From Takakia lepidozioides (Eukaryota > Plantae > Bryophyta): 64,000 bases of DNA. The translations under genes and the position numbers were made by a program. Under the pieces are notes generated by a model. That model saw only the letters and a program-made list of their open reading frames with translations. It made no database searches and was not told the DNA's origin. The DNA lies in the NCBI GenBank assembly GCA_030704615.1, contig CM060733.1:39866001-39930000 (forward strand), read 5' to 3'. Shown here one piece after another: positions 23,615-35,200 of the stretch (position 1 is its first letter; every line of letters starts with the position of its first letter).

Positions 23615-26600
23615 CTGTGAGATCGAACCACTACAGCGTAGTTGAGTAGTCAGAGATTGAAACACGCCTGCTAAGACCAAGCTGACTCTCCCAAGAATGG
23701 CGAGCTCGCTTCTCCTCGTCTCGTCTCCTCCTTCTCTTCTCTTTCGTGCATCATTTGCTCAACGCCTCCATCCCACTCCATCCCACGCCCCTGCATATCC
23801 TGCTATCATCACGTTCCATCCCTCGGCTATGTGGTGTGGCGCAGGAGACAAAAAAACACCAAGTCCCAGCCCTCCTTTCTGTTCACGATTACCCTAATGG
23901 GCAACCTCATTAACAACTTTTTAACTTTTTTTAACCTATTGGGCAACCTTATTTGCATTATATGTGCCTTCAAAATGACACGTGTAGTGACGTAGTTGTA
24001 TAAATAGAGCTCTGAAACCATCTTCAGTCATGGAGTTACAAGATTCCATGAAACGTCGTCCACGTGTAGTCAAACATATCACACTAGTAATATAAACCAT
24101 CCCTGTCATCGCGGTCAACAATGTTTGACCAATGCTCTCTAACTTTCCGGAGTCATGTAGTAATATCCATTACTACAAAGTCATAAAACTATGACTGCAA
24201 TGCATTTCAACGCTCTGTAGTCATTTACCTAGTGCAGTTTTTATGACTCCGCCAAAGCCGTAGTCCTAAAAACGCTTAATCTCTTGTAGTGCCTCACACT
24301 TCTCCAACACCGGTACGATCACTACTACCTTGTTCACTAGGTTCATTTCAGCCCATCATTTGGGGTTAGCTGACAGGTCAGCGCAGTGGGGCAGATTGAA
24401 TGGGACGTTGACGCGAGTCGACCTCTTCGGCGAATCAAGGATAAGGAGAGACCTCCCCCATTGTTTGTTGACGTTGACTCCACCTTAGCATTTTTTTCCA
24501 CATATCTTATGGATCTCACTTATGGTAGTAGATCCCTAGTAGGAGAGTCATCTAGTACCTCCCCAAGCTCTATTACCCCTAGTTGTGAGGAGTCTCGACA
24601 TTACGTGTACGATTCTAGCTTTGACGAGAGTATGCAGGGGACGGAGGATCCACTAGACGATTTCCTATAGAGTATAGGTTTGGGTTGCAAAACTCTATAG
24701 TCAAGGTTGGCTGTACAGTTATTTCTTCCATTTCTGACGATTTTTAAGTTTAGTCTAATTTGTTGGCAATGATATATTCAAAATGATACTTATCAATATA
24801 TGAAGGAAGCCAATTTGTTGGTTTGTTTGTTTTGTTTGTTTTGTCACGTTGAGATGTCCCCTGGTGCTTGGTACCGTTGGTAAGCCCTCGACGACGACGA
24901 GGGGTGCACGGGCGCGGTGTGGGAGATGTGGAATTTCAAGTATTTTGGGCCGTGGAAATTCGGGAAAAATAGCAAAGTGGTCCGGACCCTGCCCTAGTGG
25001 CTTACGCAATACTCCATGTCCCATCCCGCTAATCCCCTCAACTCGACCTTCTCAACAGCTTCCATCTGGTTACTCCCACTCAAAACACAATACCCTGCAA
25101 GTGCATGCCATTAGAAACATCTGTCAGTGTCAGGTCAGTATCTCCCACATGAAACAGCATACTGGCCATAGCCCCCACTATCCGTTCAGCTCAAACATGG
25201 CTGCCAGAACACTGGTTGTCAGCCTGTGGCAGTTGCCAGAACACTTCGACTCCCTACTAGATAGACAAAACCAGAATAAGAAAATCACATCTCAACTAAA
25301 ATGCGTACCATCTCATATTCTAATCTACACATGGTTGTTACCCCAAGATTTAAATCCACAATCCATTATTTTCCCCCCTGTGGAACAACTACAGATCATT
25401 CAATTACTTCCACGAACATGGAAGCAGACACGTCACACTCTCTATAACATAGTCACACTCTCTATAACATACACAAACTGAGATATTGGTATCAATGTTA
25501 TAGACTATACTAGCAATTAATGAACCCCTCACATTCAGCCTCCTTCCAGCTATCCAACCCTATGAGGTATACTAACACATGTGGCACCTCAGACCATGAC
25601 CCAACTGGCATAGTAAACACAATCAGCTCCACCTCTGGAATCCTGCTCCCCTCTACATGCCGACCCTTTTAACCCTTAGTCCCAATCACCTAGCATTACA
25701 GGCAGAGCACTCTCTATATGGACCAGCTCATACCAGAAGTTCATACCTAACTAGGAAAAATCTGCCCCTTCAGAGTGATAAAGAAGCATTGTGCTCTCCA
25801 CAACACTTATGTTTTGCCAAAGCAAGAGAGCCCATCGCCTTTTTAGGCTTGCTTTGTTGGCTCTCTTGTAGACTTTGCAACATGTTCAAGTCAATGGAGG
25901 AAATGTGGTCAAAGGACCTTACCCCCTGTCAAGGCTCAGATTGGTGTGTTGTGCTGAGTCATGCCCCTCACTCTCACCTTTTTCTTATGTTTTGCCAAGG
26001 CAAGAGAGCCCACCGCCGTTTTAGGACTTGAGATGTCCCAAACTGCAATGCCTCGGCCTGTGGTCTTGGTATCACTGGAAAGCCCTCCATGGGTAGAGGT
26101 GCATTGAGGCAGTTTCATACTTTTTGGACCTGCGCAGTGGGAGATATTGATTTTCAAACGTTTTTCATCACTAAAACTTCAAGAAAATGGTAAATTGGGT
26201 TTTCTGGTATATTGGCATTTACAATACTGTTTAAGACCTCTATACTTTATACTTGACATACAGATATACTTACAATATGTGCTCAACAGCACAGGCCACA
26301 CTAGTTCATACTGCGAACTACGTCGGACACATGTCGTTGTCACTAGTTATGAACCTAGTAGATTGTTGAAGATACATCAATCTAATTGGGGGAGATAATG
26401 TACATTGCAGTGATTACAATTGTCCGTAATGGAGGGTGGTATAGAGCACGTCATTTCCCTTGGAGTTACAGCTGCTGAAAGTTTTGCAACTGCAAAGGTT
26501 TAAGAGCGGGATCCCCGAGAGCGGATACACAAGGGTGATCTCCTTGCGCATTGCTATAACGAGGAAAATTATAGCTGATTCTAATGCTGTGCATGGTGAG

Positions 26601-26883
26601 CGCAGGAGGGAACGACAAGCCTGACATCCTACGGAGCATGTGGCTAGCATGCTGGCTATTGCTTCCAAACTTCACGGACAAGGAAGATCTGCAGGCCCTT
26701 GTTAAACATAGGAGTTGGCCTGACAGAAAAATTGGTTTACACAGACAAGTTCCAAATGATGGAAGTGATGATACGCGGGGCCAAGGGAGCAGTTTATCCA
26801 AAAGCCTGCAAGAAATGCAACAGCATTTTGACTCAATTGTACATGACATAGAGGAGGCTGGGTGGGACATCAACAAAATTGTG

Positions 26884-27010
26884 TTGAGATTACCAAATGG
26901 AGCACCTCTTCTGTCGGAGTTGTAAGAAAAATGTATGCATACTTCCTGTAGTGGGTTACTTCAACAATTTTCTTACAACTCTGACAGAAGGGGTGCTCCG
27001 TTAATCTCAA
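26884..27010. repeat. Long imperfect inverted repeat (hairpin)
   Basis: ttgagattaccaaatggagcacctcttctgtcggagttgtaagaaaaatgt pairs with acaattttcttacaactctgacagaaggggtgctccgttaatctcaa; loop about 29 nt. Confidence 0.85.
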
Positions 27011-27281
27011 ACTGAAGTCAGTACAAGATGATTTTCTCAGGTACTACTGTTTCTCTCAGCAGGAACAGAACATAGACTGTCGAGGTCTACGGTTTACAAG
27101 AGTCAGTCGACACAATGCTTATAATACTGGGTAGCTCAGATAAAGTAGTTGCTGACCTCAGGCGGAGAAAGACGCTGGCCAGAGCCGGCGTGATTAAGAA
27201 CTTCACCATGGGGGTAGTGCCCTCTATGGGCCCTATAGTTCTGACATCTACAGGGGTTTTCCTTTCATACAGTGGCTTGTT

Positions 27282-30058
27282 TTACCAGTAATCTCCACAA
27301 GAACAAACCCCATCTTTGAAGTGATGAAAGCGACTAGCATCCCGAATAATAACTGCTCGGTCAACAATCTTTGAGATGATCTTGGTGGCAATGTGGCAGT
27401 CACCACACACTCGAAGGTTCTTGATCACGCGGATAACCATCCCAGGGGGCGTGCGGATCAGCCCAAAAGCAATGGCCAGCTTCTCACTGTGGTGGCACAG
27501 AGAAACTTCCTTTCATTCCATCTCCACATCATGCAATACAAAGCGTGTGTCAGGTATCATCTGTCCAGACAATCTCTTCAGCTCAGCATGAATTTCCTCG
27601 ATCTGTGGATGCAATCTATCTTCTGCAACAAATGTATGCACCTGGTTTTCCACCTCAATATAGCTGCATCCTGGCTCCTTTCTGACACCTCTGCCCTCCA
27701 TCATCTTTCTCACTCGAGCTGTATCCTCCCACCTTCCAGCTGCAGCATAGATGTTTGATAGGAGGACATAAGTTCCATCATCCTGTGGATCGCACTCAAG
27801 AAGGCATTTTGCAGTTCGTTCTGCTAGCTCCACATTGCCATGAATCCTACAGGCACCAAGCAAGGCCCCCCAGACTGAAGCACCTGGTTTGATTGGCATT
27901 TTGATGATTAAATCCTGGGCCTCTTCAAATTGCCCTGCACGGCCAAGAAGGTCCACCATGCAGCCAAAATGTACAACGGTAGGAGTGAGGCCATGATCTT
28001 GACTCATAGAATGAAAGTAGTGGCGGCCTGAATGGCTGCATGCAGATAGAAGAGATGTAAAGGTGACGCTATCTGGCTTGAAGCTCTCCTGTTGCATTTG
28101 TTGATATAGTTGGAGGGCCCTCCTACCACATCCGTGCTGAGCATATCCTTGCATCATGACATTCCATGAGACCACATTTCGTTCAGCCATACTGTCAAAT
28201 ACTTGACATGCATACTCAATGCTCCCACATTTAGCATACATGTCAGCAAGAGCAGTCTCCAGAATGATATCCGAAGGTATTCCAGCTTTAACGATGTCAG
28301 TGTGGACTTCTTTTACCCTTTTCAAGAGCAGCCAGGCTGGCACATGCATTGAGAATGCAAATGGATGTAACCTTGTCAGGCCTCACCCCTTCCTGTTGCA
28401 TTTGCTCATACATCTTGAAAGCCTCTCTACCACATGCATGGTGGGCACATGCTGCAATCATCACACTCCATGATACCACATTTTGCCGACCCATCTTGTC
28501 AAACACTTGTTGTGCATCCTTCATTGTCCCACATTTGGCATACATGTCAACAAGTGCAGTCCCCAGAGTGATATCTAGCATGATTCCACTTTTCAAGATG
28601 TCTGCATGGACTTCTTTGCCCTTTTCCAGGGCTCCTAGCCTGGCACACACATTGACAGCACAAATGAACGTGACCTTGTCGGGCATAAATCCTTCCCATA
28701 TCATTTGCTCATACATCTCCAAAGCCTCCTTACTACACCCATGCTGCACATATCCTGCAATGACGGTGTTCCATGAAATGACATTTTGTCGAGCCATATT
28801 GTCAAACACTTGTCTTGCATCTTTGAGGCTCCCGCATTTGGCATACATGTTAGCAAGTATGTTCTCCAGAACAATATCTGGCACAATTTTACTTCTGCTG
28901 ATATCTGCATGAACCTCTTTGCCCTTTTCCAGGGTTCCTAGGCTTGCACACGCATTCAGAACACAAGTAAACGTAACCATGTCTGGAGTCCCCCCTTCTT
29001 GTATCATATCCTCATATACCTCGAAAGCCTCCCTCCCACGCCCATGCTGAGCATATCTCCCAATCATTGTGTTCCATGAGACAACAATTCGTTGAGCCAT
29101 ATTACTAAACACGCGACGCGCATCCTTCATGCTTTCGCATTTTGCATACATGTCAGCAAGGGCACTCTCGAAAGTTATATCTGCCGCAATTCCAGCTTTC
29201 ATGATGTTGGTATGGACCTCTGCGCCCTTTTCCAGGGTGCCGAGGCTGGCACATGCATGGAGGAGGGAAATGAACGTGACCCTGTTGGGCCTCACACCTT
29301 CCCGTATCATTTGCTCATACATCTCCAAAGCCTCCCTACCACATCCACACTTAGCATATCCTGCAATGATGGCACTCCATGAGACCACATTTCTTTGAGC
29401 CATTTTGTCAAACACTTGACGCGCATCCCCCATGCTTCCACATCTGGCATACATGTCAGCAAGGGCAGTCTCCAAAAAGATATCTGGAGCAATTCCACTT
29501 TTGTTCATGGACCTCTTTGCCCTTTTGTAAGGCTCCTAGGCTGGCACATGCATTCACAACGCAAGTGAATGTGACCTTGTCAGGCACCACCCCTTCCAAT
29601 ATCATTTTCTCATAGATTTCCAAAGCCTGCATACCGCATCCATGCTTGGCATATCCTGTGATCATTAGAGTCCATGTAAACAAAGTTCGTTCAGGCATAG
29701 TGTCAAACAGTTTGCGGGCATTCACCATGCTCCCACACTTGGCATACATCTTGACAAGGGTGTGGAGGAGGAATAAGTCTGGCTTGAATCCACTTAGGAT
29801 GATGTGGGCATGCACCTGCTTGCCCTCTGCTAGGCCTTTCATATTGATGCACTCCTGCAAGAGACAGACATAAGTATTGAAGTCTGGAGAAAAGCCACGT
29901 TGGTTCAAAAGCCGCACTGCTTCTTTCACTCGTCCTTCCTTACACAGTCTCCTCATATCGACAGAATTCCCAGGAGAAATTTTTTGGACTCCCACAAACC
30001 CAGTAGTCATGGTGAAGGCGCCTGATGCAAGCAACTGTACCTCATTACAGCCTGCCAT
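27282..30058 (-). pseudogene. PLS-E1-E2-DYW (DYW:PG-type) PPR RNA-editing factor, disabled
   Basis: Long P/L/S array, E domain (VWGALLGACRIHGNVELAE), PG box (KEPGCSYIEV), HSEKLA, CGDCH and SCGDYW*. Frameshifts near 29500 and 28310, in-frame TGA at 27513, small deletions. Confidence 0.95.
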
Positions 30059-31069
30059 CCTGCACGACTCAAAACCCCTGGTTAAACCTTCATACTCAAA
30101 CCCGCGAAATAGATCCCAGTGTTGCCTAATATCTTGCTACAAAAAGACGAGAAGAAGCAGAGAGTCCCAAAGTTCGAAGAACTAGAGGACGGGTAGAATG
30201 ATATAGAGAACTTTTCGTCAATTGTTTGAAGGAAAGGGAACCGCAAGAGGGACAGGGAAAGAGAGGACCTGAAAGTTCTGCACTGTTGAGGGAAAGTCAT
30301 CTTGCGAGGAGACGTGAACAAGGCCGGAAGCAATGAAATTTGCAGAATGGTGGTGGCCGATTCCTCCTCCTCCTCCTCCTCCTCATCGTCTTCATCTGCG
30401 TCCTGGCAATCCGCTTTCCTGGAGGCCCTCCATCCACTTCCTCACTGGCATTCATATCTGCCACAATGTGTGCCTGTGTATCTACATAAGCCTCACCCAT
30501 CAATAATCTGGAAAACGAACACAATGAAGCCTACCCAAATGGGAAAAGGAGTCATGAAGTCTGTGGGCTCGGGCATTGCACATTCAAACCTGTGCAGTGT
30601 GCGGCCAAAGGCACCACTTTGATGCGCCCAATCTGTCCTCGCAATTCAAGTCCTCCCTTCCGTACTCCATAGGACCATGCCAAATCCTATCGCTTGGATT
30701 TGCAAAGCGACTTTTAGTATAATCGAGCTATTCAATCATTCCAACCGCAAAATTTCTGAAGTCAGAAAAAGAAGTACTCAAGCTTCCCAAACAGTGGGAT
30801 ACCGACTCCAGTTAGCGAGACGAAGACAAAAATGTCGCTCATTTCCCCTTCCTTACACCCGCAATGCAATCAAGTCTCATCCTCTAACATAGCTGATTCT
30901 TTCTTTGAGGTGTTGAGCTCCAGATGCCTCCAGTTCTCACCTCGGATTTATAACCCTAAAAGGCTGCTGATACAAAGACCCCCCCCATCTACGTAAAACA
31001 TGTGATGTCAACAGAATTTTTTAGAAAAATGTTGATGGGTAGGAAGAAGACTCTGCAAACAGGCTCTCC

Positions 31070-31678
31070 ATGGCACTTTCGCAGGCACAGCGGTGGCTGC
31101 AGGTTCCCCTGAGCGCGGGGGAGGCCCTGCTCAAGACCCTTCCTTAGCCTTGCGGTGGACGGGCGGAAATTCTGATATCACGCATCAGATCATCGGGTCG
31201 GGATGGGCAGCTGAAATGGAGATCCAGCTTGGTCTGAGTCTGGTCTTGGTCCCGTACAGTCCCAAGGGTTGGCCTGCCTCCCCACCCTCCAGGGATAACA
31301 GAGAAAGGTATGAGCCTCCAAACTGTGTGTGTAGAAGCTATCCAGCTTCAATTTGTCCATGACCGAAGGCATACAGCCGTGTAATCGACACTCTTGCCCT
31401 CCCTCCATCAGCTCTATCAGTATCTTCTGAAATACATGAAATGCCTACTAGATTCACCTTATTTTCCATTGAGTGCATAATTGAGAGAGAGATAGGCAAT
31501 CGTCTACACTGCAGCCATAGCCCCTGTGGACACCCTGTCTTTGGGGAAACGGCCACCATGAGCTGCTAAAAGATCAGCGTTGAAATTGTTGGACGTAGGC
31601 CAAACAATGGGCAGAGATGGGCTCTGGCAGGAGTTCTTCTCAGATGATTCACAGTGGTGGGACATCAGGTTTGATAAG
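31070..31678 (+). pseudogene. 5' part of a PDF-motif (OSB-like) gene; the following intron is hit by the Copia insertion
   Basis: GRDGLWQEFFSDDSQWWDIRFDK|GT at about 31610-31678. Upstream, a degenerate R/S/L-rich stretch from ATG 31070 resembles a transit peptide (uncertain). Confidence 0.6.
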
Positions 31679-32288
31679 GTCAGTTTCGTTGTTTACGATC
31701 TGGATCTGTTATTTAGACTCTCACCATGGTCACGGCCTTCTTGATAAAATAATCAGCTCTGATAGAGCACAACAGCCCAAGGGGCGAATATAAAGAGGAG
31801 TCAGTACGCTTACAAACAAAGAAGACTGAAAGATAAGACAAAGAAGTTAGCTGACACTAACCCAAATCTAAGGCGTATCCTAAGGGACAATGAACACTAG
31901 TTAATTATGTGAGACAAGCGCAGTAATCAGGGCACCTTTTTCCACACCCCCTCTTGCCCTGTTACAAGCAAGGCAATGAAGCTGCTCAGAGGGCAAGATA
32001 AGAGGGCAAGATAACAGTAAAGAAGAAACCAAGGAAGATCTATGTGGATAATGAAAAAATAAACACAAGAAAGATATATACACTTGATATTTCATGCAGA
32101 GTATACAAGGGATCAAAGCAGAGCCTAATCAAAGCGAAGAACACGAATTAGACTCTGTAGCAAAGGAGAAGTCAATCCAGATGGCGAGAGAACATCCATC
32201 GTTGAAAACAGCAACGTGGAATTGTCTTCAGCAGTATTTGATGAACGAAATCAAGCCAACGTACATAGGTCCGCAGAATGTTGAAAGA

Positions 32289-35200
32289 CTACGATACGCC
32301 TTGTTTGGTGACCACCAGTAGATCACCTGAGTTACAAAAATCCTGCATCGACTTGAGACCAATAAAGTTGCGATGTTTTTCAAACGTTGGTCGATTGACT
32401 TGCTTGGTCGAGATGTTTGCCGGTTGGTCTGCAGTAGCTATGTACTTGAGGTGGTGCACTTCCCCCTCTAACACCCGTTCACGAATGAAGTGGTGTTTAG
32501 CCTCGATATGCTTAGTGCGGGCGTGAAAAATTGGATTTTTCGCCAGACGAATTGCACCTTGGTTGTCACAGTGAAGGTGGAGATCAAGAGAAGTAGGAAT
32601 CGCTGCCTCGGTAAGGTCGGAATGAATATCCGTGTTGGTGAATTGAAGAGCAGTAGGGGCAGGTGACAGATAATGATCTCAAGGAGCAGACGTCGTAGAT
32701 AGACTGCTTCCTTTGTAGCCTCACTGACGGCCTTGTATTCGGCTTCGGTTGTGCTGTCGATTGCCGTTTACTAGACCACATAATAGGACCGCTTCCAAGC
32801 AAGAAGACTTAGCCCCCCCGTAGAACGACGAGTTTCAAGGCATCCTAAATAGTCTGCATCAGCATACCCTTTTAAAGAGAGAGAAGGTGTTTTTCGATAG
32901 TACAGTCCATAATCAACTGTGTGTTTGATGTAACGTAAAATGTGTTTAACAACATCAAGATGTTGGCGTTGAGGACTAGACATAAATCGAGCCACAATCC
33001 CGACTGAGTAAGATAAATCAGGTCTAGTGTTGGAGAGAAAGAGAAGTTTACCAACAATATGACGGTACTCGGTAGGATCAACAGCAGGAGTATGCGTATC
33101 AGACTGTAGAGTGAGGCCTTCCGGAAGTGGGGTTAAGGCAGGATGACAATCTTGCATACCAAAATCATCGAGGAGTTTGGTGCAGTAGTCCTTTTGATGA
33201 AGAAGTAAGCCGTCTGGAGTGCGAAGAAATTCAATGCCCAAATATTTATGGACAAGCCCGAGATCTTTCATTTCGTACTTGTTCTGCAGCACATGCTTAA
33301 CTGCAGCAATTTGATGTTGATCGTTACCTGTAACAAGAAGGTCATCTACATACAAGAGAAGCAACAACGTAACTGATCCCTGTATAAAGTAGTAAAAATT
33401 AGGATCAGCAGAACTACGAACCCATTGCTGAGAGACAAGAAAGCCGTCGATCTCTTCATGCCAAGCTCTCGGGGATTGCTTTAATCCGTAGATGGAGCGA
33501 AGAAGACGGCAAACAAGATGCTCTAGCCCAGGAACAGCAAACCCAGCTGTTGCATGTAAATATCCTCCTTGAGCTTTCCATTAAGAAAAGCGGTAACGAC
33601 ATCAAGATGATGAATGTCCCAGCCTTGAGAAACAGCCAGAGCAATAATTATAGTACAAAGAGTCGACCAGCGAATGACAGATGCAAAAGTCTCATTGTAA
33701 ATCGATGCCAAATTGCTGTTCAAGACCTCGAGCAACCAATCTAGCCTTCAACCTGAATCGACTGGAATTCAAAATGGGTTTGGCTTTGTAAACCCATCGA
33801 GGAGAGAGCTTTTCTACCAGATGGCAATTCTGTAAGCTCCCATGTCTGATTCCGATGAAGAGAGTCCAACTCTTCACGCATGGCATATGTCCATCCCGGA
33901 TCTTGAAGCGCTTCAGATAAAGTGATCTGATCACTAACCGAGTCAGAGGTCTCGACGATACAAAGGTCGACATCATCTCCCATACTGAGATCATAATCAA
34001 GAAGATGAGCTGGGAGTCGTCTTGCACGTTGAGAGCGCCTCACAGGTTGTTGAGGATGAGCAGGCCTCAGAACCGGCGTAGTGGAGCCATCGTTAGTTGC
34101 ATTCTGAGTAGACTTGGTTCCAATACTGGCTGGAGGACCTGGGTGTCCTAAGTCTTCATTAAGATCAGGATCAAGAATACGTTCCTCTCCCGCTTGATCC
34201 CCCTCTTGTTGAGGATCAACAATTTTAGAAGTATCATCGTCCGGTAACGAGAGAAATTCTTGAAAAATATCTGGTGAAGACTTTTGAGAAAGATAAGTCC
34301 CTAATTCATTCTCAACAAAAACCACATCTCGGCTGATGACAATTCGATTGCTATGAGGATCGTAGCAGCGGTAAGCTTTCGAATGGTCATCGTATCCAAA
34401 GGAAAACTGTACGAAATGCTTTTGCTCCAAGTTTACTTCTAAGTTGAAGATGAATGTGTATATATGTTGTGCAACCCAAAGCACGCAGATGACTAAGATC
34501 TGGCTTGGAGTCAAATAACTTCTCGTAGGGAGTACGTAGATAAATGTAATGCCCGCGTGCCACATCTATTCAAGATATAGGTAGCAGCACGAACAGCTTC
34601 AATCCATAGAAATGACGGCATTTTTGCTGATAGAAAAATACTGCGGGCTGCTTCTAAGATGGTACGATTCTTGCGCTCAGCAATCCCGTTTTGATGCGGG
34701 GTCCTAGCAGCAATATTGTCGTCGAATCCCAAGAGCTTGACAATACTCGGAGAATTCACCTGATGTATATTCTCCCAATCGATCAGTTCGGAGACAAGAC
34801 AGAGTTGTGCTGAACTGATTTTGAACCATCCGGGTGAATTCCTTGAAGCGAGAGAAAGTTTCACCTTAGAACGAAGGAAAAACACCCAAGTAAATCTGGA
34901 AAAATCATCTGTAATAGTCAGAAGATACTTGAATTTGGACGGCGTTTGAAAAGGGCCACAGAGGTCGGAGTGGACAAGCTCGAACGGGCGGAGAGTAGCA
35001 GTTTTGGACTGCTTTGGAATCCGATCACGGTGGTGCTTACCCAATATGCACGACACACATTGGCGCTTGACAAGAGGTAGACTTGGAACCCCAGTAACAA
35101 GCCCCTCTGGTCGTCATCATGTGGTGAACCATCTGATAGTTGACATGTGCTAGACGTTGGTGCCACAGATCTACGTCATCCAGAGGAGAAGAAATAAGAT

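Larger units (their letters stand above)
19034..24291. mobile_element. Non-autonomous CACTA element carrying host-gene fragments (Pack-CACTA-like)
   Basis: Starts CACTACAACAGATGAGCGTTTTTATGACTAC and ends GTAGTCCTAAAAACGCTTAATCTCTTGTAGTG. 3-bp TSD CCT on both sides. ATGACT subterminal repeats. No transposase seen. Confidence 0.93.

Noticed and set aside
26981-27000. miR156 assignment for the hairpin
   Set aside because: Only TGACAGAAG matches; the 3' half differs from miR156.
27513-27515. In-frame TGA as a U-to-C editing site
   Set aside because: This is a nuclear gene with additional frameshifts; simple decay explains it.
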